IMG/VR virus record: IMGVR_UViG_3300028592_000008
Span: 1 to 64,000 of that record
Strand: one strand, 5' to 3'
DNA from: a virus
DNA: 64,000 nt
Shown here: in pieces, positions 56,531-64,000 of the stretch
Position numbering within the stretch: position 1 is the stretch's first letter
How the letters are laid out: every line of letters starts with the position of its first letter
Program-made: the position numbers and the translations under genes
Notes under the pieces: model-generated
What the model was told of the DNA's origin: nothing
Databases searched by the model: none
The model's input: the letters and a program-made list of their open reading frames with translations, nothing else

Positions 56531-57514
56531 ATGTTGCGAAGGATGTTGTCTGGGCTCGTGATGGCCTGCGCGGGGCTGGTGTTTGGTGCGATCAGCGTGT
56601 CGACTCCGGGGCCGGGGGTCTCCGGCAATCTCAGCGCCCGGGAGTACCAGCCGGCGGACACGATTGGTCAGTACCCGGTGAATCCCAACGTCACGGTCGC
56701 CGATGACGTCGTCAGTCAGGGGGAGGTGGCCCCGGCGGCGAACACCTTTCCCGGTGAGGTACAGCTCCAGGCAAACGCGGAGGGAGCGTCGCCGGGCGTC
56801 GCCGCCTCGAGCTCGCCGCAGGTCTCGGCAATCCATGCAGTTCGCGTCATCGGCCGCAGTTCCGATCCCCGCAGCTACGGGCAGCGGGCAGAAGCCGGAG
56901 GAACCGCCGTCGCCGTGAAGGCCGACAAGCTCCACACGGCAAGCCATCTGACAGCCAGGCTGATGCCCGGGTGGACGATCGAGGTCGAGGTCGACGGAAA
57001 GTGGGTGGCTGCGACGTATGCCGGGGTCCCGGGAAAGGACCTGGCCGTGCTGACGATCCCAAACGGAAGCCTGCAGGGGGTCCCGGTGCGGGAGCCGATC
57101 TACGGCGAGCGGCTGACAGTGTACGGCCTCAAGACGAAGTCCTTCTCTCAGGGGACATACGCTGGGGACATGAACAAAGCCATCGGAAGTGGGCACGTCC
57201 CGCTCGACGTCGGACAGGCCCCGGCATTGGAAGGCGACAGCGGCGGCGGCGTCTTTGGGGATGACGGCGCTCTGGTCGGGACGATCAGTGGGAGCCCGGT
57301 GGACTCGCCGATGGTCGTCACGATGGTTCCGATCGTCAGTTCGCCCCCGGCCGCCGCGGCTGCACCGAAGCGAACGTCGAGCGTCTACGTCTCGGCGGAC
57401 CTGGCTCCGTCTTCCGGGAACTGCGTGAACGGGGTATGCTCGGCGCCACCCCAGCAGATGTACCAGCCCACCTTCGGGAAGCAGCGGCGGGGGGGCTTCG
57501 GCTTCAAGAAGTAA
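56531..57514 (+). CDS. Secreted trypsin-like serine protease
   Basis: Signal peptide; TASH, DLAVL and GDSGGGVF give a complete triad. Confidence 0.85.
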   Translation: MLRRMLSGLVMACAGLVFGAISVSTPGPGVSGNLSAREYQPADTIGQYPVNPNVTVADDVVSQGEVAPAANTFPGEVQLQANAEGASPGVAASSSPQVSAIHAVRVIGRSSDPRSYGQRAEAGGTAVAVKADKLHTASHLTARLMPGWTIEVEVDGKWVAATYAGVPGKDLAVLTIPNGSLQGVPVREPIYGERLTVYGLKTKSFSQGTYAGDMNKAIGSGHVPLDVGQAPALEGDSGGGVFGDDGALVGTISGSPVDSPMVVTMVPIVSSPPAAAAAPKRTSSVYVSADLAPSSGNCVNGVCSAPPQQMYQPTFGKQRRGGFGFKK

Positions 57515-57957
57515 TGTCCGCCACACGGCTCGATTCAAAGCAAGCCGCGGTTGCCCGGGATTGGATCCCTCGGGTGATCGCGGCTTGTTCCTCTTCCGGG
57601 GCTCAGTTCGGCGGCGCGGGGTTCAAGCTGTTTGGGCTCCCGGCGCCGCAGCGGGTGGCCGGGGCGGTGATCCTCGAGCTCATGTTCGGGGAGATCCGGC
57701 TGACGGACCAGTGGTTCCTCGATTGGGCGGCGGGGAAGCCGGTGCCGGTCGGGTCGCACACGATCGAGTTCCCGAAGCCGATGCCGATGCTGAAAACGCT
57801 GGCCGGCGGGGTGCGGCTGCAGTGGGAGGAGTCGCCGCGGATCGTCACGAACTTCGCGACCCGGCTGGTGGGAGTAGCCATCGCACACATCGACGCATAT
57901 CCTTCCCGTGCTGTTGCTGTCATCGAACGGGGTCCGGACCAAGTCTGGGAGTGGTAA
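57514..57957 (+). CDS. Hypothetical protein
   Basis: TAATG coupling. Confidence 0.55.
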   Translation: MSATRLDSKQAAVARDWIPRVIAACSSSGAQFGGAGFKLFGLPAPQRVAGAVILELMFGEIRLTDQWFLDWAAGKPVPVGSHTIEFPKPMPMLKTLAGGVRLQWEESPRIVTNFATRLVGVAIAHIDAYPSRAVAVIERGPDQVWEW

Positions 57958-57958
57958 A

Positions 57959-58222
57959 ATGTCGCGGGATATGCATGTTCTCGTGTTCGCTTTCGCTGTT
58001 TGCGTGGTCGCGTGGAGGCACAACGACCGGGTCGACGCGCTCGAGAAGGCGGAGACGGCCAGGGCGGCGGCCGAGGCCCGGCAGAAGGAGCCGGCCCTCG
58101 AGCACAGGCTGACCCGTGTCGAGCGGCAGATCATCATCCTCCAGCCGGTGATCGACGCGATCCATGGTGACGCGGAGAGTGTCCCGGAGCCGGCGGCAGA
58201 TCCGAAGGGGGTAGAGCTGTGA
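57959..58222 (+). CDS. Small membrane-anchored coiled-coil protein
   Basis: N-terminal TM helix. Confidence 0.5.
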   Translation: MSRDMHVLVFAFAVCVVAWRHNDRVDALEKAETARAAAEARQKEPALEHRLTRVERQIIILQPVIDAIHGDAESVPEPAADPKGVEL

Positions 58223-58566
58223 ACTTGAGACGCAGGATGTTGCGGGCTGGGCGGCGGTCGTCGAAGTCGATGATGACGCTCTTGGAACTGGAGAAGGCCG
58301 GGGCGGTCAAGCCGGAGGAGCCGGAACCGCCGCGGCAGATCCTTCCTAAGCTGGTCATGGATATGGCGAACGACCGCATCCGTGGCGGGGCGTCGACGGC
58401 GGAGGCCCGGCAGTTCATCCTCGAGATGACGAAACCGGAGGGAGGCGAGCATGAAGGTCCGGGAGTGGAAGATCGTCAACCCGGTGTACCACTACGTCAT
58501 CCTCATCAGGCAAGGCGGGACGCTGAAGCAGGCGATCGCGTGGGCGAAGAAGAAGTTGGGGTGTGA
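58219..58566 (+). CDS. Hypothetical protein
   Basis: GTGA coupling. Confidence 0.45.
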   Translation: MNLRRRMLRAGRRSSKSMMTLLELEKAGAVKPEEPEPPRQILPKLVMDMANDRIRGGASTAEARQFILEMTKPEGGEHEGPGVEDRQPGVPLRHPHQARRDAEAGDRVGEEEVGV

Positions 58567-58804
58567 GTTCCGGATTAAGGGGCATGTGACTGTCGGCCGG
58601 ATCTTCATCAAGGATGACGAGATCACGCACTGCATCTGGTTCCCGGAGAAGCCCGGGGGCGGGACGGTGGCGCACGAGGCGTACCACTCGATCATGCACG
58701 TCATGGAGTCCGTTGGCATGGAGCGGCCGACGCGGGAGAACGAGGAGGCCTACGCCTATCTGTTGGCGTGGACAGTGATTGAAATCGGGAGGCTGCTCTG
58801 GTGA
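58451..58804 (+). CDS. Zincin-like HExxH metallopeptidase-fold protein
   Basis: TVAHEAYH...NEEAYAYL. Confidence 0.65.
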   Translation: MKVREWKIVNPVYHYVILIRQGGTLKQAIAWAKKKLGCEFRIKGHVTVGRIFIKDDEITHCIWFPEKPGGGTVAHEAYHSIMHVMESVGMERPTRENEEAYAYLLAWTVIEIGRLLW

Positions 58805-58990
58805 CGCACGGACTCTTTTCACCGGAGCTCGCCGAGAAGTGGAAGCGGGCCGATCTCGCCGAGAGTCTCCGGTGCCATCGAGTGTGGACGGGGATCGCCA
58901 CGGGCCGGATTCGCCAAGTGAAGCATGACCCGCCTTGCACGGTGCAGGACGGGAAGATTTCGTGCCGGTCATTCCCGGCGGGAGGTTGAG

Positions 58991-59428
58991 ATGGAACGAC
59001 GCGGGTTTCTGAGGACGATGGCGGCGGTGGCGCTCGGGGCCCTCGGCTTCCGGGCAGCGAAGGGGGCGAATGGAACGCACCATGAATACTCCGCTTCGCA
59101 TGTTCGGCCGTACCAGCCGAGCGCCGCTGGGGGCGACTTCGGAGGTTGGAATTGCAAGACCTACATCCCGGACAAGGAGTGGTTCGAGATGCGAAAGCTC
59201 CCGGCCGGGTATTCATGGAAGAGGTGGGTCGGGAAGTGCCAGTTGCTTTGCCACCCGGACCGCCGCATGGTGGAGATCCGCTTCAACCGGATCGAGGACT
59301 CGCCGATGCTGGATCAGCTATGCGGGTTCTACGTCGTCCGGATCGACGAGTTCGTTCGTCGGCACGTCTACCGATTCCCCAGGGGCGGCCAGTCCGAGTG
59401 GGGGCCTGGCTGGCACCGTCCGGAGTAA
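58991..59428 (+). CDS. Hypothetical protein with Tat-like signal peptide
   Basis: MERRGFLRTMAAVALGALG twin-arginine motif. Confidence 0.55.
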   Translation: MERRGFLRTMAAVALGALGFRAAKGANGTHHEYSASHVRPYQPSAAGGDFGGWNCKTYIPDKEWFEMRKLPAGYSWKRWVGKCQLLCHPDRRMVEIRFNRIEDSPMLDQLCGFYVVRIDEFVRRHVYRFPRGGQSEWGPGWHRPE

Positions 59429-59545
59429 GGTGGCCTTGCCATGCATGAGGGGGTGACGTAGACTTCCGCCGCTCGGTGTCGAATGCCCGGTGGGAGTACA
59501 GGTTAGTTCCTCTCGCCAAGCCCTTGTCGACCATGAGCCCCTCCA

Positions 59546-59574
59546 AAGCCGCCCGATCTGGGCGGCTTCTTTTT
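59546..59574 (+). terminator. Rho-independent terminator
   Basis: AAGCCGCCC-GATCT-GGGCGGCTT followed by CTTTTT. Confidence 0.75.
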
Positions 59575-59619
59575 TGCCCGGGCGTTCTTGACGCTCCGGG
59601 AACCGGCGATAGAGTTGCC

Positions 59620-59742
59620 GCGCCGGCGCGATGCCATCCCTTCAGCAAGGAACCATTGCACTAAGCGTGGAAGGTGGGGCCAGACTGGTTTGGTGGCTTA
59701 CGTCCCATGTTCGCCAGTCCGCCCTGCCTTCCTCGCCGGCGC
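59620..59742 (+). ncRNA. Candidate structured RNA or 5' leader
   Basis: Nested 9-bp, 12-bp and 6-bp stems starting just after TTGACG-16-TAGAGT (59588-59615). Confidence 0.4.
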
Positions 59743-59770
59743 TGAAGCTGAAAAACGAACGGGTGACATC

Positions 59771-60505
59771 TTGGAACTGATCGACAGGGAGGCCCGGCTG
59801 GGTCTCGAGAAACGGCGTGCCATCTATTCCGCGGACGAGCGGTTCCGGTACGCGCTGCACATCGAATTCGGGGACGACCTGTTCCCGGGAGTGAGCCCCT
59901 CCTACGTCGCGTACATCGGCCTCAATCCATCGACCGCCACAGAGAACGAGGACGACCCGACCGTCAGGCGGTGCAAGGAGCGGGCGCGGCGGATGGGGTT
60001 CGGCGGGATGGTGATGCTGAACCTCTACGCCTTCCGGGACACTGATCCCCGGAAGCTCAAGGAGGCGGGGTATCCCGTGGGCCCGGCGAATGACCGAACT
60101 GTCCGAGCTGTCTGCGAAGAGGCCGGGATGGTTATCCTTGCCTACGGTCAGCTTGGCGAGGCGGAGCGGGTGAAGGCCCTCTTGAGCGTGCTCGAGGGGA
60201 TTCCTTGCCACTGCCTCGGGGTGACTCAGTCGGGGCGGCCGAAGCATCCGCTCTATCTGTCGTACGACGTCAAACCAGTCCCTTACGAGTTTGGAGCCGG
60301 CGATGCGGTCGATCGAAGAGATTCAGGCGCAGCTCGTGGCGAGCTACGGGTCGGAGAAGACGACGTCGTCGATGGCGGCGGCGAACAGCGCGTCCCGGGA
60401 AGGGGTGGCGATTGTCATGGCGATCGCGGAGAAGGAAGGTTTCTCTGGGGATCGCTCCCGGCGGACGAATCGCAAGCTGAATCGGGAGATGTCCCATCGG
60501 TATGA
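59771..60505 (+). CDS. DUF1643 family protein
   Basis: RYAL...YIGLNPSTA...DDPTVRRC...NLYAFR.TDP..L...PKHPLY. Confidence 0.85.
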   Translation: MELIDREARLGLEKRRAIYSADERFRYALHIEFGDDLFPGVSPSYVAYIGLNPSTATENEDDPTVRRCKERARRMGFGGMVMLNLYAFRDTDPRKLKEAGYPVGPANDRTVRAVCEEAGMVILAYGQLGEAERVKALLSVLEGIPCHCLGVTQSGRPKHPLYLSYDVKPVPYEFGAGDAVDRRDSGAARGELRVGEDDVVDGGGEQRVPGRGGDCHGDRGEGRFLWGSLPADESQAESGDVPSV

Positions 60506-60686
60506 CGCGGCGAAGGGGGCGTTCCTCGATGCCGAGCGAGTCCGTTACGGGATGATCGGCGGGAGTTGGCTGGCCTCGATGGGGCTATGGTTCGCCTGGG
60601 TGGCGCTCCGGACCGTGCTGACGGAACTGTTCGATGCGTATTGGGAAGAGCAGCAGGTCGCCCGCGGGATCGAGGTGCTCGACTGA
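60303..60686 (+). CDS. Hypothetical protein
   Basis: GGAG RBS; hydrophobic C-terminal helix. Confidence 0.55.
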   Translation: MRSIEEIQAQLVASYGSEKTTSSMAAANSASREGVAIVMAIAEKEGFSGDRSRRTNRKLNREMSHRYDAAKGAFLDAERVRYGMIGGSWLASMGLWFAWVALRTVLTELFDAYWEEQQVARGIEVLD

Positions 60687-61057
60687 TGCGAGTCACCCCT
60701 CGGCAGCGCGAGGCGGCGGCGGACATGATCCTGGAGCTGGAGGGAACCCGGCTGCAGGTGGCGAAGATCCCGTCCGGGGACGGCTACATCCGGGTCGTCC
60801 TGCAGGAGAATCCCCGGTGGTACTGCAAGTTGTGCGCGGAGCACCTTTCCGTCCGGCGACGGTTTCCGCGGCCTCGGCCGTTCATCAAGCGGCGAGACAC
60901 GCTGAATGCCTTGCGACGGATCTCTGAAGGTCATGCGAATCCCGGCGGGGCGTACTTCGAACGGTTGATGCCGCTGGTCCGGAAGCGGGCGTTGGAGCTG
61001 AGGCGGCGGCCGGTTGTCGAGCTGGCCCCGGCAATGGAGGCGGTTTATGACTGGTGA
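60686..61057 (+). CDS. Hypothetical basic protein
   Basis: TGATG coupling. Confidence 0.55.
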   Translation: MRVTPRQREAAADMILELEGTRLQVAKIPSGDGYIRVVLQENPRWYCKLCAEHLSVRRRFPRPRPFIKRRDTLNALRRISEGHANPGGAYFERLMPLVRKRALELRRRPVVELAPAMEAVYDW

Positions 61058-61751
61058 CCAGATGATCGTGATGCCGTCGAACAACAAGAAGATGGAGGTT
61101 GGCTACATGGCGGGGAAGTATCCCGGCCGGGTCGGTCACCTTTACGCCCCCGGGGGCTACCCGGCGACGCCGTACGGAGACTGGCTGCCGTACGCGCTCG
61201 ACAACGGGATGTTCGGGGCGTTCCTGAAGACGCAGGAGTTCGGCAAGACTCAGCGGGAGTGGTGGCCGGAGCACGACTTCGACCGGATGGTCGCGCAAAT
61301 GTGCTCGTTCAGCCAGAAGCCCCGGTGGATCGTCGTTCCGGACTGCGTTTGCGATCCTGGCGAAACGCTCCGAATGTGGGCTGAGTTCGCCCCGAAGCTC
61401 CGGAAGTACGGGGTCCCGCTGGCGATCGCCGTCCAGGACGGGATGACGGTGGCCGATGTCCCCGGGGACGCGGACGTCGTCTTCGTGGGCGGCTCGACGG
61501 AATGGAAGTGGTGCTACTTCGACGTCTGGCCTCGCGCGGGTTTCCGGACGCACGTCGGCCGGGTCAATTCGTATCGCTATCTCGTCGACTGCCACAAGGC
61601 GGGGATCGAGTCCGTCGACGGGACGGGGTGGTTCCGCGGGGACCAGAAGCAGGTCCGCGGGCTCCGGGCGTATCTCGAGCAAGCCGCCAACGACAATTTC
61701 GGCCCGGAACAGATGACGCTGTTCCAAGCCACGGAGTTCTCGAATGTCTAG
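61047..61751 (+). CDS. TIM-barrel protein distantly like tRNA-guanine transglycosylase (TGT/DpdA-like)
   Basis: YALDNG.F, WIVVPD.V.D, AVQDG, VFVGGSTEWK, HVGRVNS, ESVDGTG. Confidence 0.5.
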   Translation: MTGDQMIVMPSNNKKMEVGYMAGKYPGRVGHLYAPGGYPATPYGDWLPYALDNGMFGAFLKTQEFGKTQREWWPEHDFDRMVAQMCSFSQKPRWIVVPDCVCDPGETLRMWAEFAPKLRKYGVPLAIAVQDGMTVADVPGDADVVFVGGSTEWKWCYFDVWPRAGFRTHVGRVNSYRYLVDCHKAGIESVDGTGWFRGDQKQVRGLRAYLEQAANDNFGPEQMTLFQATEFSNV

Positions 61752-62013
61752 CTACCAGAGCATCCTCGAGCGCGAGTGCGGCTACAACACCTGCCCGCCG
61801 CCGCGCACAGAGTTTTTCCCAAAGCTGGAGCCGGTTCTGCAGAAGGGGACGATGGCCGAACATCTGGGCGTCGATCTTGCTCCGGAGCTCGCCGGAGGTA
61901 CGCCCAATGAGTTCATTGAAGTCGTTTTGCCTGTCCGTCCGCGCCGAATTGCCATGCTTCCCGGGGACCGGCCACACCTTCACCCTCGCGATCACGGCCC
62001 GGACGGAGCTTGA
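61744..62013 (+). CDS. Hypothetical protein
   Basis: GGAG RBS; overlaps the upstream stop. Confidence 0.4.
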   Translation: MSSYQSILERECGYNTCPPPRTEFFPKLEPVLQKGTMAEHLGVDLAPELAGGTPNEFIEVVLPVRPRRIAMLPGDRPHLHPRDHGPDGA

Positions 62014-62108
62014 GGCGATCCAAATTGCCCAGCGTCGCCGGCTCACTGTGTTGGCGGTGATCTGACGGGACTGGTAGCATTGCACCCGGCTTTCAACTGG
62101 AGGGTGCG

Positions 62109-64000
62109 ATGGCGAGCTATCCCGGATCTGCAATGCGTGGTTACCCGAACCGGGCCGGCGTCCCCAAGTTGGGGGGCGTTCGCCGTGGCGGCCGTTCGAC
62201 CGGAGTGGGCGGGAATGCGATGCTCGGCCGGCGTCGGTTCGCGGGTCCGATGACGGAATACGATCAGGAGTCGGACGGGTTCATCGGCGACCCGGGACCG
62301 TCGTTCCGTCAGAGTGGGGCTGATCGGTACATGCCGATGGGCAGTTACGGCTACGCTTCTGGCGCGTCCAAGTTCGACACTGGCCCTCTCGGGTACGGGT
62401 ACAACAGTGATCCGGCCCGGGTCATCAGCACGATGGCCGGGCGTCCCCGGCTTGACGAACAGCTCCAGCGTGGGCAGGGCGTGCTCGACGAGGCGAATGC
62501 GGCTTACGGTCGCATGATGGCTCCGCGGTACGACTCTGGCCCGGGGCAGGCGTTCTACAGCATTCCGGCTGCACCGCTGCGTCGACGATTTCAGGGGCCC
62601 CAGACGGCACAAGATGCACAGTTCGACGTCCCGCAGAAAGACTCTATCGCCTTTCCGGGATTCAATGGTTATGACACTACGGCGGCGGATCGGCAGAACT
62701 ACGCCTTTCCGGACCCCGGCGGAGGCGTTTACGGAGACCCTTTTTCGATCGCCACTGCTCAACAGTATCCCTTGGGTGGTATTCGTGGCGTGAACGCTCC
62801 CCCTGTCACATTGGCTGGGCGTTCTGTTCGTTCCACAAATCGCTCCGCCACCCCACCGGCACCGGGTGCTGTCCCGCCGTCCGCTCCGATCCGACTGAAC
62901 GGGGTTGGCGGCGCGATGGGCGGGCAGGGGTCGATGCTGGCTCCCCCGGCGGGACCGATGCAGTCCGTGCCGCCGATCGGTTCGCCGATCACTCCTCAGC
63001 AGGGCTGGTGGGATTCGATGTTCCGTCCCGGGCCGGCGATGCAGGCCTCTCCGGGCGTAATGCCGAATCAGGGCAGCGGGTTCAGCCCCTCGCGCGGCAT
63101 GACGCGGATGGGCGATCCGTACGACCTGGCGATGCAGGGCGTGCAGAACGTCCGGGAGCGATTCCGCGGCTACGTCCCGCAGCCGTACGTCTCTCCCCCT
63201 CCGCCGCCGACGCCTGGCACTCCGTTCGATGCGGGTCGGGGCGGGTACGGTTTCGGCGGTCCGCCGCAGCCGTCGCCTGTTGCACCGTACGGTGCAGGTG
63301 GGGCGGGTGACGTGATGGAGCGGTCCCGGATGCCGAGTCAGCCGGTCGACGGCCGGTACGCTGTCGCTCCACGGGGGCAGTATGCGCAGGGCGGACGGTA
63401 CGTTCAGCCAGGCCCGGCGGGTCGGTCTCAGTCGGCGGCAGTCCCGGACACGCGGAGCATCCCTGGGATCGGCCCGGATGGAACGGGTTTCATGATGATC
63501 GGCGGCCGGCGGCGTCAGTTCGTACAGCTCCCGGGACGGGACACTCCGACCATGGTCCCGGACGGCATGATGGTGCGGCAGAATCCGGACGGCGGGATGG
63601 AGATCGTCGACGCGCAGGGGAATGTCGACCCGCGGTACAACCGCGCTCTCCCGGGCTCGGCTGTCGACGGGCAGGTCCGCGGCGGCATCGTGAATCCGGT
63701 CATGCGAACCGCGAACGCCGCGGGGCAGTACGTCCCGGTGGGGGCGATTCCGCCGGAGGAGTGGGCGTATCGCCGGACGGCGGCTCGAGCAGCGAGGGAG
63801 GAACGGGCGGCGTCCCGGCAGCAGTCGCTCACTCAAAATCGTTTCCCGGGAAACGGCGGCGGGTTTGGGGCAATGAATCCATTCACGTCGGACGCCTCCC
63901 CTCCTGGCCCGGAGGTTGCCAGCGCGGACGCTGGGGCTCCCCCGCCGCCGGCTCTGACCGCGGAGAACAATCCGATCACGATGGCGGTTGCGTCCGCAAT
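62109..64000 (+). CDS. Long Gly/Pro/Arg-rich low-complexity protein, truncated by the window end (possible internal virion/ejection protein)
   Basis: GGAGGGTG RBS, then MASYPGSAMRGYPNRAG...; open wherever I read it, including the last codons; presumably missing from the ORF track because it has no stop. Confidence 0.7.
   Translation, partial: MASYPGSAMRGYPNRAGVPKLGGVRRGGRSTGVGGNAMLGRRRFAGPMTEYDQESDGFIGDPGPSFRQSGADRYMPMGSYGYASGASKFDTGPLGYGYNSDPARVISTMAGRPRLDEQLQRGQGVLDEANAAYGRMMAPRYDSGPGQAFYSIPAAPLRRRFQGPQTAQDAQFDVPQKDSIAFPGFNGYDTTAADRQNYAFPDPGGGVYGDPFSIATAQQYPLGGIRGVNAPPVTLAGRSVRSTNRSATPPAPGAVPPSAPIRLNGVGGAMGGQGSMLAPPAGPMQSVPPIGSPITPQQGWWDSMFRPGPAMQASPGVMPNQGSGFSPSRGMTRMGDPYDLAMQGVQNVRERFRGYVPQPYVSPPPPPTPGTPFDAGRGGYGFGGPPQPSPVAPYGAGGAGDVMERSRMPSQPVDGRYAVAPRGQYAQGGRYVQPGPAGRSQSAAVPDTRSIPGIGPDGTGFMMIGGRRRQFVQLPGRDTPTMVPDGMMVRQNPDGGMEIVDAQGNVDPRYNRALPGSAVDGQVRGGIVNPVMRTANAAGQYVPVGAIPPEEWAYRRTAARAAREERAASRQQSLTQNRFPGNGGGFGAMNPFTSDASPPGPEVASADAGAPPPPALTAENNPITMAVASA

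Noticed and set aside
15800-60505. Many long 3' overlaps between consecutive genes (15800/16071, 31957/32540, 36840/38845, 47037/48712, 52140/52597, 58219/58451, 59771/60303), suggesting stop-codon reassignment
   Set aside because: All are in the same relative frame, where stops need a T at the third codon position of the downstream gene, which is rare in GC-rich DNA. TAA, TAG and TGA all end genes normally.
20480-63836. Long antisense ORFs (e.g. 26549-28447, 30430-32406, 40124-41794, 49229-50914, 62043-63836)
   Set aside because: They are shadows of GC-rich sense genes, with Arg/Pro-rich translations and no motifs.
1-64000. CRISPR array, diversity-generating retroelement, IS element or intact integrase
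   Set aside because: No regularly spaced repeats, reverse transcriptase, transposase or catalytically intact recombinase were recognised. The palindromes are irregularly spaced, mostly kilobases apart.

Overview
This GC-rich window is most of a tailed dsDNA phage (Caudoviricetes) genome, with no host housekeeping genes. The host is tentatively Planctomycetota, suggested by a csrA, a DUF1580-like HTH and a protease-rich membrane module. Layout: (1) 1-4150 is a leftward arm of small genes (clamp-loader-like ATPase, NPPF methyltransferase, LPD25-like domain) punctuated by repeated intergenic motifs. (2) 4150-6770 is a divergent, largely non-coding region containing a 28-bp dif/Xer-like site. (3) 6770-19400 holds accessory genes (CsrA, DUF5131, ASCH-like, RuvC-like, a truncated second terminase ATPase, a degenerate tandem resolvase), a tRNA-like element and a ~560-nt highly structured non-coding region behind a sigma70-like promoter. 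(4) 19400-44150 is the virion module (scaffold, capsid, terminase, portal, adaptor, tail tube, baseplate-like genes, a glycosyltransferase-PRTase-HAD fusion, tail fibre). (5) 44200-53000 is recombination/replication (RecE/RecT-like, ParB-like, SF2 helicase, SMC-like ATPase, YfdQ-like). (6) 53100-64000 has membrane proteins, two proteases, tRNA-Trp, DUF1643, a TGT-like protein and a long low-complexity ORF running off the end. The most notable signals are 11 perfect copies of the palindrome GTTTCCCGGGAAAC (a parS/Noc-site hybrid) together with the dif-like site, the nuclease-less terminase paralog, and several candidate structured RNAs. All protein calls come from motifs and synteny read by eye; no database searches were run.
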